Source: Patescibacteria group bacterium
Lineage (GTDB): Bacteria > Patescibacteriota > Dojkabacteria > J137
Reading direction: 5' to 3'
Length of the DNA: 64,000 nucleotides
NCBI GenBank assembly: GCA_963169855.1
Contig: CAUJCN010000002.1
Location: forward strand, 69,508-133,507
Position 1 is the stretch's first letter. Every line of letters starts with the position of its first letter. The position numbers and the translations under genes were made by a program. Under the pieces are notes generated by a model, which saw only the letters and a program-made list of their open reading frames with translations, did not search any database and was not told the DNA's origin. Of the stretch, positions 10,481 to 19,687 are shown piece by piece.

Positions 10481-10796
10481 TGGCATTTGACTACTTTAAA
10501 CATCGTGTTTAACTCGGCTTAATTGCACGGATACTCTCAATTAGAAACCTTTCACTGAGACGCTTTTTCTAAAGAATGCAGGTAAACTGCGAATTTCTAG
10601 ACTAGAAGCAGTTTTAGAAACTCTCGACTATTTGCTTCAGGAAAAGAGAAAATTGTAGCCTAGAGAACCTACATTCGATGCGTTTGATAACAAGACCATA
10701 CACAATATGAAACTAGAAATGGAAGAACTAGTTAGAGACCGATTCTCCAAAATATTAAAAGGATATTTTTCAGACTTTGTATCGCAGGAAAGTTAA
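10480..10796 (+). pseudogene. Decayed hypothetical ORF
   Basis: One frame reads TETLFLKNAGKLRISRLEAVLETLDYLLQEKRKL*PREPTFDAFDNKTIHNMKLEMEELVRDRFSKILKGYFSDFVSQES* with an internal TAG at 10656-10658 and a disrupted 5' end. Confidence 0.4.
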
Positions 10797-10840
10797 AATG
10801 AGCATTTAGTTCAAATTAAATTTCAAGTAAAGTATATTCA

Positions 10841-11773
10841 ATGGACACAATATTTGAAGTACCTCTACTTTCTCAATTCCCTCAAGCAAAGATGGAGAAA
10901 TTCTTAACTTTAGTAGAATCCTACAGTCCTTCGCAAGAGGATTTAGAAACAAAAGCATTTCCAAACAGGGTAACTCAATTGCGCGTGGGAAACACTTCTG
11001 TAACAGTTGGCCTTCATGGAATAGAATATCCTCAGAAGAGCTTCGATCAAATGAGAAGAAACTTAGGATCAATATTTAGAATTGTCTTTTCAGACAAGGC
11101 TTTTATCCATAATTGCCTGAGTTATCAAATTTCCCAACTCAATTCCTCTAGTTCTAGATCGACTTTAAGTGAAGTTGTGAAGTCGTATAAAGAAGCGAAA
11201 CAAATTGTTAGATTACCAGAACTAGAAGAGCAGAGACAAAAATACGCTAATCAGTTAGGTGATAGGGTTCAATTTGGCGTTGCTTATAAACATGTAGATT
11301 CAAAAGAGTTTCTTAGAAAATATCCAGAAGTATTGTTAGCAACGTTTCTTTTTCAGAATGTGTTTGCTTATGCATTTGAAATTTTCGTAAACTCACTTTC
11401 TACGACCTCCGCTGCTAGAGACCTAATTGATGATTTAAGAAAAATCATCCCTGGGTTTACTTCGGGGAATGTAGTTGATGAATATTTAGGCTATGCTTTG
11501 CTTAGATTTAAAGAATCAGGTTCAGTCATCGTAATCTTTGACGATATTGCGAAAGAAATGAATGATCTAAAAGCTTTTCACAATTCTTACACTCTCCCAA
11601 GTGGTGAGCTACTCAGAACAATGTGCCTAGCTAAATCATTTCTGACCGAACAGACTGGCGGCGTACAACGAAATCAGAGAAACGTTCTTGCCGATACCTT
11701 GGAGTACATCAAAAGCCATCGCGCAGACTTTGCAGAACCACTCGGTTTCATTTCTTCTGAACTGTCTTATTAA
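10841..11773 (+). CDS. Hypothetical protein
   Basis: 310-aa ORF, no motif recognised. Confidence 0.7.
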   Translation: MDTIFEVPLLSQFPQAKMEKFLTLVESYSPSQEDLETKAFPNRVTQLRVGNTSVTVGLHGIEYPQKSFDQMRRNLGSIFRIVFSDKAFIHNCLSYQISQLNSSSSRSTLSEVVKSYKEAKQIVRLPELEEQRQKYANQLGDRVQFGVAYKHVDSKEFLRKYPEVLLATFLFQNVFAYAFEIFVNSLSTTSAARDLIDDLRKIIPGFTSGNVVDEYLGYALLRFKESGSVIVIFDDIAKEMNDLKAFHNSYTLPSGELLRTMCLAKSFLTEQTGGVQRNQRNVLADTLEYIKSHRADFAEPLGFISSELSY

Positions 11774-11829
11774 TTTCTTCAGTTGTCTATTTTAAACTTT
11801 TTGATATAATTCTTTAGATCTTTGAAAAT

Positions 11830-11901
11830 GCAGGTATAGTATAGTGGTTATTATTTCGGTTTTCCAAACCGCGGACGGGGGTTCGAATCCCCCTACCTGC
11901 T
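11830..11901 (+). tRNA. tRNA-Gly(TCC)
   Basis: Acceptor GCAGGTA/TACCTGC, D-loop TAGTGG, anticodon loop TT-TCC-AA, T-arm GGGGG-TTCGAAT-CCCCC; CCA not encoded; TATAAT at 11805-11810. Confidence 0.95.
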
Positions 11902-12007
11902 TTCAAGATTTAAACTTCAAATTACAATTTCCCAATCATTGCAATATTTCTCCATTTTCTTTATCCTAACCTTATAGAAGTATTTTATTTAAGTTATATT
12001 TACTTAT

Positions 12008-12352
12008 ATGAAAACACTCATAAGTTTAGTTGTAAGCGCTGTGGCTGTTTTAATTGCTGCTTATGTAATTCCTGGTGTAACTGTTAATGGTTTCTTTACA
12101 GCTGTAGTTGTAGCAGTAATCTTAGGTTTAGTAAATATGTTTATAAGACCAATCATTTCTCTGCTTACTCTTCCACTGAATATACTCACGCTTGGATTAT
12201 TTAGTTTCGTAATTACTGCTTTAATGATTATGTTAACAGGTGCTATTGTTCCAGGATTCACTGTTTCTGGATTTTTAACTGCATTGATTTTTGGAGTTGT
12301 TCTGTCACTTGTTAACGGATTACTATTCTCCTTAATGGGAGACGATAAATAA
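12008..12352 (+). CDS. YvlD/DUF360 (phage holin family 4-like) membrane protein
   Basis: 4 TM; 'LGLVN.FIRPI..LLTLPLNILTLGLFSFVI.A', 'VPGF.V.GF..ALIFG'. Confidence 0.9.
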   Translation: MKTLISLVVSAVAVLIAAYVIPGVTVNGFFTAVVVAVILGLVNMFIRPIISLLTLPLNILTLGLFSFVITALMIMLTGAIVPGFTVSGFLTALIFGVVLSLVNGLLFSLMGDDK

Positions 12353-12374
12353 TTTTACTAATTAACAGAAATTT

Positions 12375-12740
12375 ATGGGAGTTCCTCAAAAGTACGCAGA
12401 TATCGATGACTATATTAAGAATTTCTCTCCTGAAGTTCAGGATGTATTAGAAAGAATTCGAAAATTAGTTCATAAAATTGCACCTGATGTAGAAGAGTCA
12501 ATTACTTACCATATGCCAACATTCAAAGTTGCGGGGAAAGGAATCATATACTTTGCTGCTTGGTCAAAACACGTTGCTTTTTACGCGCTCCCAGTAGATT
12601 TACCAGAATTCAAAGAAGAGTTTGCACCCTACATCCAGTCGAAAGGAACTGTTCAGTTTAAATTCGATGCACCAATGCCTTGGGACTTAATTGAAAAAGT
12701 AATTAAATATAGAGCTAAAAATCCAATTGATTACCAATAA
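12375..12740 (+). CDS. DUF1801 (YdhG-like) protein
   Basis: 'IDDYI..F..EVQ..LE.IR', 'E.ITY.MPTF', 'FAAW.KH..FY', 'SKGTVQF....PMP..LI'. Confidence 0.85.
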   Translation: MGVPQKYADIDDYIKNFSPEVQDVLERIRKLVHKIAPDVEESITYHMPTFKVAGKGIIYFAAWSKHVAFYALPVDLPEFKEEFAPYIQSKGTVQFKFDAPMPWDLIEKVIKYRAKNPIDYQ

Positions 12741-12743
12741 TTT

Positions 12744-13169
12744 ATGAAGGAAGTAAAGTTAGTACTTTTTAAATTTACGAAATACCTAGTAATAATAGGT
12801 TTCTTTTTAACATTTGGTTCTTTTATTATTGCAGGAAATTACGAAATAGCATTCACTGCTATTTTCGTTACAGGAACAATCATTCTAACTATTAGCCAAG
12901 GAGTTCTAAGTTATTCACCCTCGATTAAAAACGATTCATTACAAGATGAATTTACTAATTCGGGCAAGTCACTGTTTACATCATCAATTTGGCTTTTAAT
13001 ATCAGGGATATTTGTTTTCTTATACTTGGGAGTTATTCTTTTTTCTCAACTACAACCTGTTGTTTTAGAATCCATTAAAATAATTGTGCTGCTTCTTTAT
13101 AGTATTTCTTATCTATTTTTCGCGGAATCCTTTGTAAAAGGAATCAAAAAAGTAGAAGATATATTATAA
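12744..13169 (+). CDS. Hypothetical 4-TM membrane protein
   Basis: Four hydrophobic segments; operon-like spacing. Confidence 0.65.
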   Translation: MKEVKLVLFKFTKYLVIIGFFLTFGSFIIAGNYEIAFTAIFVTGTIILTISQGVLSYSPSIKNDSLQDEFTNSGKSLFTSSIWLLISGIFVFLYLGVILFSQLQPVVLESIKIIVLLLYSISYLFFAESFVKGIKKVEDIL

Positions 13170-13176
13170 TCATTGA

Positions 13177-13602
13177 ATGACGAGACGAATCACAGTTGTA
13201 AAACCTTCTGAAATGTTCAGACTAATGAACGACAACCTTACTTTAGGTGATTCTACATTTTCTTCACTTATTGAAAACAAATCAAGTTTAAGAATTAACA
13301 TTGAGAATATGTCTGATAAATTTGTAGTTACTGCAGTTGTACCAGGTTATAAAAAAGACGAAATTAGTATTTCTTTTAGAGATAACGAACTTCTTTTAGA
13401 AGCTCAGAAGGAGGAACAAAATGAGTCTTCTGATTCAGAAATAATTTTAAGAGAGTATTCTATTGAATCACTTAAAAGAAGAATCACTCTTCCAGAAAAA
13501 GTTGATGTAGAAAATGCCGAGGCAGAACTAAATGATGGTATTATGACCATAACGGTTCCAAAAATGCCTGAAATATTACCAAAGAAAATTAGTATTAAGT
13601 AA
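13177..13602 (+). CDS. Hsp20/alpha-crystallin small heat-shock protein
   Basis: 'VPGYKKDEISISF', 'RRITLPEKVD..AEA.LNDGIMTITVPK', C-terminal I-S-I. Confidence 0.9.
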   Translation: MTRRITVVKPSEMFRLMNDNLTLGDSTFSSLIENKSSLRINIENMSDKFVVTAVVPGYKKDEISISFRDNELLLEAQKEEQNESSDSEIILREYSIESLKRRITLPEKVDVENAEAELNDGIMTITVPKMPEILPKKISIK

Positions 13603-13670
13603 TATTAAGTTCTAAGCTCCAATATCAAAATTCCAGAATTTAGAATTTGGATATTAGATATTAGAATTTT
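13601..13670. repeat. Degenerate heptamer tandem repeats arranged as an imperfect inverted repeat
   Basis: AGAATTT AGAATTT GGATATT AGATATT AGAATTT preceded by complementary-type units. Confidence 0.6.
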
Positions 13671-13702
13671 CAGTTTTCTTATTTCAAATTTAAGATTTTG
13701 AT

Positions 13703-14665
13703 ATGATTCCAGTAATAATTCTCACAGGATTCTTAGGTAGTGGAAAAACCACTCTTTTGAACAGAATTCTCGAAAATAAGAAAGATTACAAAATCGGTGT
13801 TGTCCTGAATGAATTTGGAAATATCAGTCTTGAAAGCCAATTCGTAAAAGCCGAAGATGAGAAAATCGTCGAAATCTCTGCCGGCTGTGTTTGCTGTGTT
13901 GCTAGAGGTGATATTTTAAAGGCACTAAATAGCATTGTTGACTATCAGCCAGACACAGAAATAGTTATTATGGAAGCTTCTGGACTTTCCGATGCACTTT
14001 CACTTTCGCTTACAATGTACTCTCCTTCAATCGCTGATAGATTTATTCTGGATTCAATTGTCTGCGTTGTTGATTGTGTCAATTTCGAAAAAACGTTAGA
14101 CGAAAACGAAATAGTTCGTGACCAAATAATTGCAGCTAGTTCGATCTATCTTGCGAAAACAAAAGATGTTGGTGAACAGCAAATCAAACAAATTTCAGAA
14201 TTGGTCAAAGATTTGAATCCAAAAGCTCTTATCCACAGAGACTCCGACTCAATCAATTTTGATTTAATATTAGGAACAAACTTAGATAGAACAAAAGTAA
14301 AAGATCATGGACATTCAGAACACGATCATGATGAATTTGAAACATTTACATTCGAAACTAACGAGGCTATCGACTACAATAAATTTGAGAATTTCATTAG
14401 AACTTTGCCTTCAAACGTCCTTAGAGTAAAAGGTTACTTGAACTTCAAGAATGCACCGATTAAGGACAAACAATACCTTATTCAATATGTTATGGGAAGA
14501 AGAGATTATGTTCTCAAAGATTCCAAGAATCAATCAACACACATACTCTTTGTAGGGAAAGACTTGCAAAAAGAGAACATAAAGGACGTCATGTCTAGCA
14601 TCATGTTCAGCAATAATATTATCTACAATACCATCAGTAAGCTTTTCAATATTTTCCACTCCTAA
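13703..14665 (+). CDS. COG0523/CobW-family G3E GTPase (metal chaperone)
   Basis: TGFLGSGKTT, NEFG, GCVCC, EASG, His-rich linker, 'LRVKG' CobW_C. Confidence 0.92.
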   Translation: MIPVIILTGFLGSGKTTLLNRILENKKDYKIGVVLNEFGNISLESQFVKAEDEKIVEISAGCVCCVARGDILKALNSIVDYQPDTEIVIMEASGLSDALSLSLTMYSPSIADRFILDSIVCVVDCVNFEKTLDENEIVRDQIIAASSIYLAKTKDVGEQQIKQISELVKDLNPKALIHRDSDSINFDLILGTNLDRTKVKDHGHSEHDHDEFETFTFETNEAIDYNKFENFIRTLPSNVLRVKGYLNFKNAPIKDKQYLIQYVMGRRDYVLKDSKNQSTHILFVGKDLQKENIKDVMSSIMFSNNIIYNTISKLFNIFHS

Positions 14666-15420
14666 AACTTCACAATCCAAAACCTATTCTTACCAAACTC
14701 GTCTTCAACTGCATTAGCATCAATTCCAAGTTCCGATATCTTTTCCTGAGTATGAGTATCGTCGACTTCCAAAATCAAAACTCCATCTTTTGCTAAATAT
14801 TCTCTAGATTGTTCAATTAGCTTTTTAATCAAATCTAGACCATCTACTCCACCATCCAAAGCTAAATGTGGCTCGAAATCTTTTACAGATCTAGCTAATT
14901 GAGTAATTCTAGCACTTGGAATATAAGGTAAATTTGAGAAAATAAGGTCGAATTTTTTATTCTTTGGGTAATCCGAAAGTAAGTCTGATCTTATTACCTT
15001 AAGCTTTGAATCGTTAATTCCGTTTGTAAAACAATTCAAATGTTTCGGATCTAAGTGTTCGTCAAGGTTCTGTTTTGCAACCTCAATTGCTGCATCAGAA
15101 ATATCGCTCAGATAACCATCAAATGTTACTCCCCTTTTATTTAGTTGCTCTGCAAACACAATTCCGATCACCCCAGATCCTGTTGCAACATCAGCAAATG
15201 AAATACTTTTTCTATCGATAATATACTCAAGACCAAGCCTGATTATCTGTTCGGTTTCTATTCGTGGAATAAGAACATTCGCATTTACATTGAATAAATG
15301 ACCATAAAACTCTGCTTTCCCAAGCACATATTCAACTGGCATTTCAGTTTGAAATTTGGGATCGAAAGGATCTTGCCCAGCTTTAATAATTAGATTTATT
15401 TCGGCTGGACTTAAACTCAT
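14662..15420 (-). CDS. prmC: Release factor glutamine methyltransferase (HemK/PrmC)
   Basis: 'VLIPRIETE', DVATGSG, NLPY, 'EP.LALDGG.DGL'. Confidence 0.88.
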   Translation of the reverse strand: MSLSPAEINLIIKAGQDPFDPKFQTEMPVEYVLGKAEFYGHLFNVNANVLIPRIETEQIIRLGLEYIIDRKSISFADVATGSGVIGIVFAEQLNKRGVTFDGYLSDISDAAIEVAKQNLDEHLDPKHLNCFTNGINDSKLKVIRSDLLSDYPKNKKFDLIFSNLPYIPSARITQLARSVKDFEPHLALDGGVDGLDLIKKLIEQSREYLAKDGVLILEVDDTHTQEKISELGIDANAVEDEFGKNRFWIVKF

Positions 15421-15800
15421 GCAGATTTCTTAGTTAAGTTATTGTCGTCTTTTCCTTCTTTAACAATATAAACAAGTTTAAGTTTTCTTCCATCTTTTTT
15501 AACTTCTTCTTTTCCTGAATCAATTAGATCAATTCTGATCATTTCTTTTAGAAGATCCATTCTTTCCTTCAACATAGAAATCTTTTCGGACATTTCATGA
15601 ATAGTTTCGTCAGCCTTTAGCTTATCTCTAAGTTCTCTAGCTTTCTTTCCGATTTTTTCCATCTCGATAAAATCATCCATTTGTGTTTTGATGTCTTTAA
15701 GATCACCTCTCATTGTTTTTAATTGAGATTTTGTCTTGAAGTATTCTTCAACTTTGTCTAAGTTTGAATCGTCGAGTATATCTGAATTATCATTTGCCAT
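15417..15800 (-). CDS. Hypothetical coiled-coil protein
   Basis: 127-aa charged helical ORF overlapping the prmC start. Confidence 0.7.
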   Translation of the reverse strand: MANDNSDILDDSNLDKVEEYFKTKSQLKTMRGDLKDIKTQMDDFIEMEKIGKKARELRDKLKADETIHEMSEKISMLKERMDLLKEMIRIDLIDSGKEEVKKDGRKLKLVYIVKEGKDDNNLTKKSA

Positions 15801-16003
15801 AAATAAGATTAATAATAAATAGTTGCAAAAAATATCATAGGTAGTATACTTTATTAAGAGAAGCTTCTCAAACGGAATTTAAAATTGAATGAATCTCGAA
15901 ACTTAGCTATTGCTAGTTTTTAGATAATTGAAGTTAGGAAACTAACATCAAATGAGCCGCTTGTTACAAGAGGAAAGGAGATTTTATTTGTTAAGTGACC
16001 GTG

Positions 16004-16306
16004 ATGAACTACTTACTCGTTGCGCCTACGTTATCAGCGCCAACTCTAGATACTGTAAAAGAACTGTCGTCGAAAGTTTTTACCAAAATTGAAAAACTAC
16101 TAAAAAAGTTTGGACAAGAAGGATGTGTCGTAAAGATTTCGGTTCTCAGAGATGGCAATTCTTATAAAGTAAATGTAGAACTTTTAAACCATAACCTGTA
16201 CAAACCATTTATTGCTTTTAGGGACTCAGATTTAAGAAGAGCAATTGGAATGTCTGCTGTTAAATTAAAAGCTCAACTCCTCAACTTACATAATAAAAAT
16301 AAATAA
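16004..16306 (+). CDS. HPF/RaiA-like ribosome hibernation factor (short form)
   Basis: ~100 aa; pattern 'K..KIEKLL....V.I.V......YKV.V.L......DL..AI.....KL..QL'. Confidence 0.65.
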   Translation: MNYLLVAPTLSAPTLDTVKELSSKVFTKIEKLLKKFGQEGCVVKISVLRDGNSYKVNVELLNHNLYKPFIAFRDSDLRRAIGMSAVKLKAQLLNLHNKNK

Positions 16307-16318
16307 TAAGTTATCTTC

Positions 16319-16351
16319 ACTCCCCCTAGCAATGCTTTGGGGGAGTTTTTT
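16319..16351 (+). terminator. Intrinsic terminator
   Basis: ACTCCCCC-loop-GGGGGAGT followed by a T run. Confidence 0.85.
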
Positions 16352-16403
16352 GTTGATATTTTAAAGCATTTCAATTAAACTCGAAGTAGTTATTATTATC
16401 ATA

Positions 16404-16979
16404 ATGAAAAAAGTTAGAAACGCTGTCTTAGCCTCTTTTGGCTTACTTACACTTTTTGCTCCTGCTGTTAGTGCTCAATATTACTATTACTACGAAAGTT
16501 CACCAGAAGCTGGTGCATTTTTAGCTGGATTCGGTGTTTTATACCTTATCTTGTGCTTATGTGGAGGGTTAGTTGCTTTAGTTGCATATATCTTTACATC
16601 TATGCAGTATGCAAAGATTTTCGAGAAAAATGGAATGGCTGATAAGAAAGTATTGGCATTTATTCCTATCGCACAGAACTATTACTTAGCTAAAGCTGTG
16701 GGTGAAGATGAATACGCTTGGGTTCAAGTTGCAGTTCCATTGGGAATTTTAATCTCTATCCCACTTACATTCTTTATAATTGGATTCTGCATTCTTTTCC
16801 CTTTGGCAATTGTTGGTATTGTGTTCGGAGTTAAGCTTTGGTTAAAAGCTGCTGAAAGAATGGGACAAGACCAAATTTGGGGAATCGCTGCTTCTTTAGC
16901 AAGTTTCATTCCACTTGTTGGATATTTCATTCAACTTTATGCAATTTATGTAATTGCGGAAGGAACTGTAAAGAAATAG
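16404..16979 (+). CDS. Membrane protein with signal peptide (DUF5684-like)
   Basis: AxA signal peptide, several TMs, 'KIFEK.G....AFIPI.Q.Y'. Confidence 0.6.
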   Translation: MKKVRNAVLASFGLLTLFAPAVSAQYYYYYESSPEAGAFLAGFGVLYLILCLCGGLVALVAYIFTSMQYAKIFEKNGMADKKVLAFIPIAQNYYLAKAVGEDEYAWVQVAVPLGILISIPLTFFIIGFCILFPLAIVGIVFGVKLWLKAAERMGQDQIWGIAASLASFIPLVGYFIQLYAIYVIAEGTVKK

Positions 16980-17003
16980 AAATCTAAAAGATTTAAATAC
17001 GAG

Positions 17004-17033
17004 AAGACTAGAAGATTAAAATTCTAGTCTTTT
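17004..17033 (+). terminator. Intrinsic terminator-like hairpin
   Basis: AAGACTAGAA-N8-TTCTAGTCTT then T-rich. Confidence 0.55.
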
Positions 17034-17121
17034 CAATTTTCAAACTATTCTTAAGCAACCTTTCAACTACTTTTGCACTACCCATATTCACCTTGATTTC
17101 TGATTATGATAGACTGATTGC

Positions 17122-17793
17122 ATGGGAATTTTTGACTCAAGAAAAATTAGTACTCAAGACCATTTAGACATTGCTGATATTCGTGACGACTTAGTTGTTC
17201 TAAAGAACGGAAAAGTTGCAGTAGTTTTAGAAACATCTTCTTTAAACTTTGAACTGTTAGACCCAAAAGAACAGGATGGGAAAATAGGTTCATTTGCAGC
17301 ATTTTTAAATGCTATCAATTTTCCTATTCAAATTGTAATTAGAACTCAAAGAACTGACATTGCTAGGTATCAGAAATTGCTCGAAGAATATAAAGCAAAG
17401 ACAGCAACTCAGAAGGTTGTTCAACAAATTAATAACTACCAGGCTTTTGTGAACGAATTGACACAAACAACTCAAATTCTAGATAAAAGATTCTTTGCAA
17501 TAATTCCTACAATAAAGCTTCCTGTTATACAAACAAACATTATTAAGCAAATACTTGGAAGAGAAGAAATTCTAGAAAATATTCCTTCGATTGTCAGAAA
17601 AGCAAAAGAAGAGCTTTATCCTAAAAGAGATCATGTACTTAAACAGTTCGCAAATATGAACATCGCAGCAAAACAGTTAACTAACGATGAATTAATAAAA
17701 CTCTACTATTCTGTCTACGAACCTGATAAATTAGGTATTGAGGTACTTAACTTAAAGGCCGAAGATATCGGTAGTTCAATGGTAACTTCTTAA
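17122..17793 (+). CDS. VirB4-associated protein (TraC/PrgI-C-terminal-like, CPR type)
   Basis: 'STQDHLDIADIRDDLVVLKNG...SLNF.L....EQ.....FLN.I.FPIQI', 'K.F..IIP'; directly upstream of VirB4. Confidence 0.75.
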   Translation: MGIFDSRKISTQDHLDIADIRDDLVVLKNGKVAVVLETSSLNFELLDPKEQDGKIGSFAAFLNAINFPIQIVIRTQRTDIARYQKLLEEYKAKTATQKVVQQINNYQAFVNELTQTTQILDKRFFAIIPTIKLPVIQTNIIKQILGREEILENIPSIVRKAKEELYPKRDHVLKQFANMNIAAKQLTNDELIKLYYSVYEPDKLGIEVLNLKAEDIGSSMVTS

Positions 17794-17796
17794 ATT

Positions 17797-19638
17797 ATGG
17801 GATTATTTAGTTTATTATTTCCAAAATCAGATACAAAACCTGCAGTTAGCAAGGAAGAGGCTGCTATCCTGGATCAGGAAAGGAAGTCAGTGGAAAAATT
17901 TGCAAAAGGTTTGGTCGATGTAAAAGACATCATTGCACCATCAGCGATTGAGGTGAATTTCAACAATATGATTATCGGAAATAAATTTTTCAGATCATAC
18001 TTTGCAATTGGATTCCCTACTTTTGTTTCTCCAAGTTGGCTTGGACCACTAATCAATTTTGAATATCCTATCGATATTAGTACCTATTACTATCCAAACG
18101 ATACAGGTGATGTATTGAAACTTTTGAAAAGAAAAATTGCGGAACTTCAGGCAACAATTAATATCGAAATGGATGCTGGAAGACCAGCGGATCCAATTAT
18201 TCAAGAACAGTTGAAAAGTGCGATTTTGGTTCAAGAACAACTTGCTGCTGGGAATGAACAATTCTTTCAATATGCTTTATACATGACTGTTAGAGCTGAT
18301 ACGTTAGAAGAACTAGATAGAATTTCAAAGAACTTGGAATCTACTATGGCAACAATGGGCGTTGTTATTAAGGTAGCGACTCTTCAACAAGAAGAAGCTT
18401 TCCAAAGTACAATTCCTTACGGAATGGACAAGATTAACATGACTAGAAATCTTGATACCACAGCCATTGCTACAACATTCCCATTCGTAAGTTCGGAACT
18501 GACCATGGAAAAGGGAGTTTTGTATGGAATTAATTTACACAATAGTTCGTTAGTTATTTTTGATAGATTCTCTTTACCAAATGCAAATTCAGTAATTCTC
18601 GCTACTTCTGGAGCTGGTAAATCTTACGCAGTTAAACTAGAAGCAGTTAGATCTTTGATGCTTGGAACAGACATTATTATTATCGACCCCGAAAAAGAAT
18701 TTGATAGATTGTGTGCCGCTGTTGGAGGAGAATACATTTCTTTCTCTCAAGATGGTGCTCAAAAGTTGAATCCATTCGAATTATCAGGTGTTTACAGTCC
18801 AGATGAAGATGAGCTTAGATTCAAAATTCTTACACTTTCTGGTTTAATTAGAATTATGCTTGGAGGAAGCGTAACTGCAGAGGAAGGAGCGATCTTAGAT
18901 AGAGCTTTGATTTTGACCTATAAAGAAAAAGGAATTACTCCAGATCCATCGACGCATACAAAAGAAGCTCCTTTATTAGAAGACTTGTATAAAATTTTGA
19001 ACGCCATGTCCGAAGAGGAAGCACATTCGATGGCACGAAGATTGGAAAAATATATTCGAGGTTCTGCTGCTGGAGTTTTTGATCAAAAATCATCAGTGGA
19101 TATTAAAAATAATTTTACAGTTTTCAGTATTAGAGACTTGGCAGACGATTTAAGACCAATGGCCATGTACGTTATGTTGGATTTTATCTGGACAAAGATT
19201 AAACGAGATAAGAAAAAAAGGCTTCTACTTATCGACGAGGCTTGGATTATGATGCAGTATCCTGATGCAGCTAGGTTTGTATATTCAATTGCGAAAAGAG
19301 CTAGAAAATATGGGCTAGGTTTAACAACAATTACACAAGATGTAGACGACTTCCTAAGTTCAGATTTTGGAAAAGCAATCGTAAGTAACTCATCTATGCA
19401 GTTACTTTTAAAACAGTCTCCTTCAGCAATCGAAAAGATTCAGAAAGTTTTCTACCTGACAGAGGGAGAAAAAGAATTCTTAATGAGTGCTGGAATTGGA
19501 CAAGGATTATTCTTTGCAGGTGCAAACCATGTTGCTATGCAGGTTGTAGCAAGTGAAGATGAACATACTTTAATTACAACCAACCCTCAAGAATTACAAA
19601 GAATCCAAGAAGAAGAGAACGGTGGAATTACCTCTTGA
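17797..19638 (+). CDS. VirB4-like ATPase (DUF87/AAA_10)
   Basis: Walker A ATSGAGKS, 'IIDPEKE', Walker B 'LLIDEAW', 'KRARKY', 'TQ'. Confidence 0.9.
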   Translation: MGLFSLLFPKSDTKPAVSKEEAAILDQERKSVEKFAKGLVDVKDIIAPSAIEVNFNNMIIGNKFFRSYFAIGFPTFVSPSWLGPLINFEYPIDISTYYYPNDTGDVLKLLKRKIAELQATINIEMDAGRPADPIIQEQLKSAILVQEQLAAGNEQFFQYALYMTVRADTLEELDRISKNLESTMATMGVVIKVATLQQEEAFQSTIPYGMDKINMTRNLDTTAIATTFPFVSSELTMEKGVLYGINLHNSSLVIFDRFSLPNANSVILATSGAGKSYAVKLEAVRSLMLGTDIIIIDPEKEFDRLCAAVGGEYISFSQDGAQKLNPFELSGVYSPDEDELRFKILTLSGLIRIMLGGSVTAEEGAILDRALILTYKEKGITPDPSTHTKEAPLLEDLYKILNAMSEEEAHSMARRLEKYIRGSAAGVFDQKSSVDIKNNFTVFSIRDLADDLRPMAMYVMLDFIWTKIKRDKKKRLLLIDEAWIMMQYPDAARFVYSIAKRARKYGLGLTTITQDVDDFLSSDFGKAIVSNSSMQLLLKQSPSAIEKIQKVFYLTEGEKEFLMSAGIGQGLFFAGANHVAMQVVASEDEHTLITTNPQELQRIQEEENGGITS

Positions 19639-19687
19639 CACGGATATCGAAAAATTATTTAATAGTGCTAGATATTAATATAAAACT

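Noticed and set aside
12008-12352. Prophage suggested by a holin-family gene
   Set aside because: YvlD-type membrane proteins are common chromosomal genes, and no phage genes are nearby
17122-19638. Integrative conjugative element
   Set aside because: No relaxase, coupling protein, integrase or att sites are adjacent; such VirB4-like pairs are typical chromosomal genes in CPR
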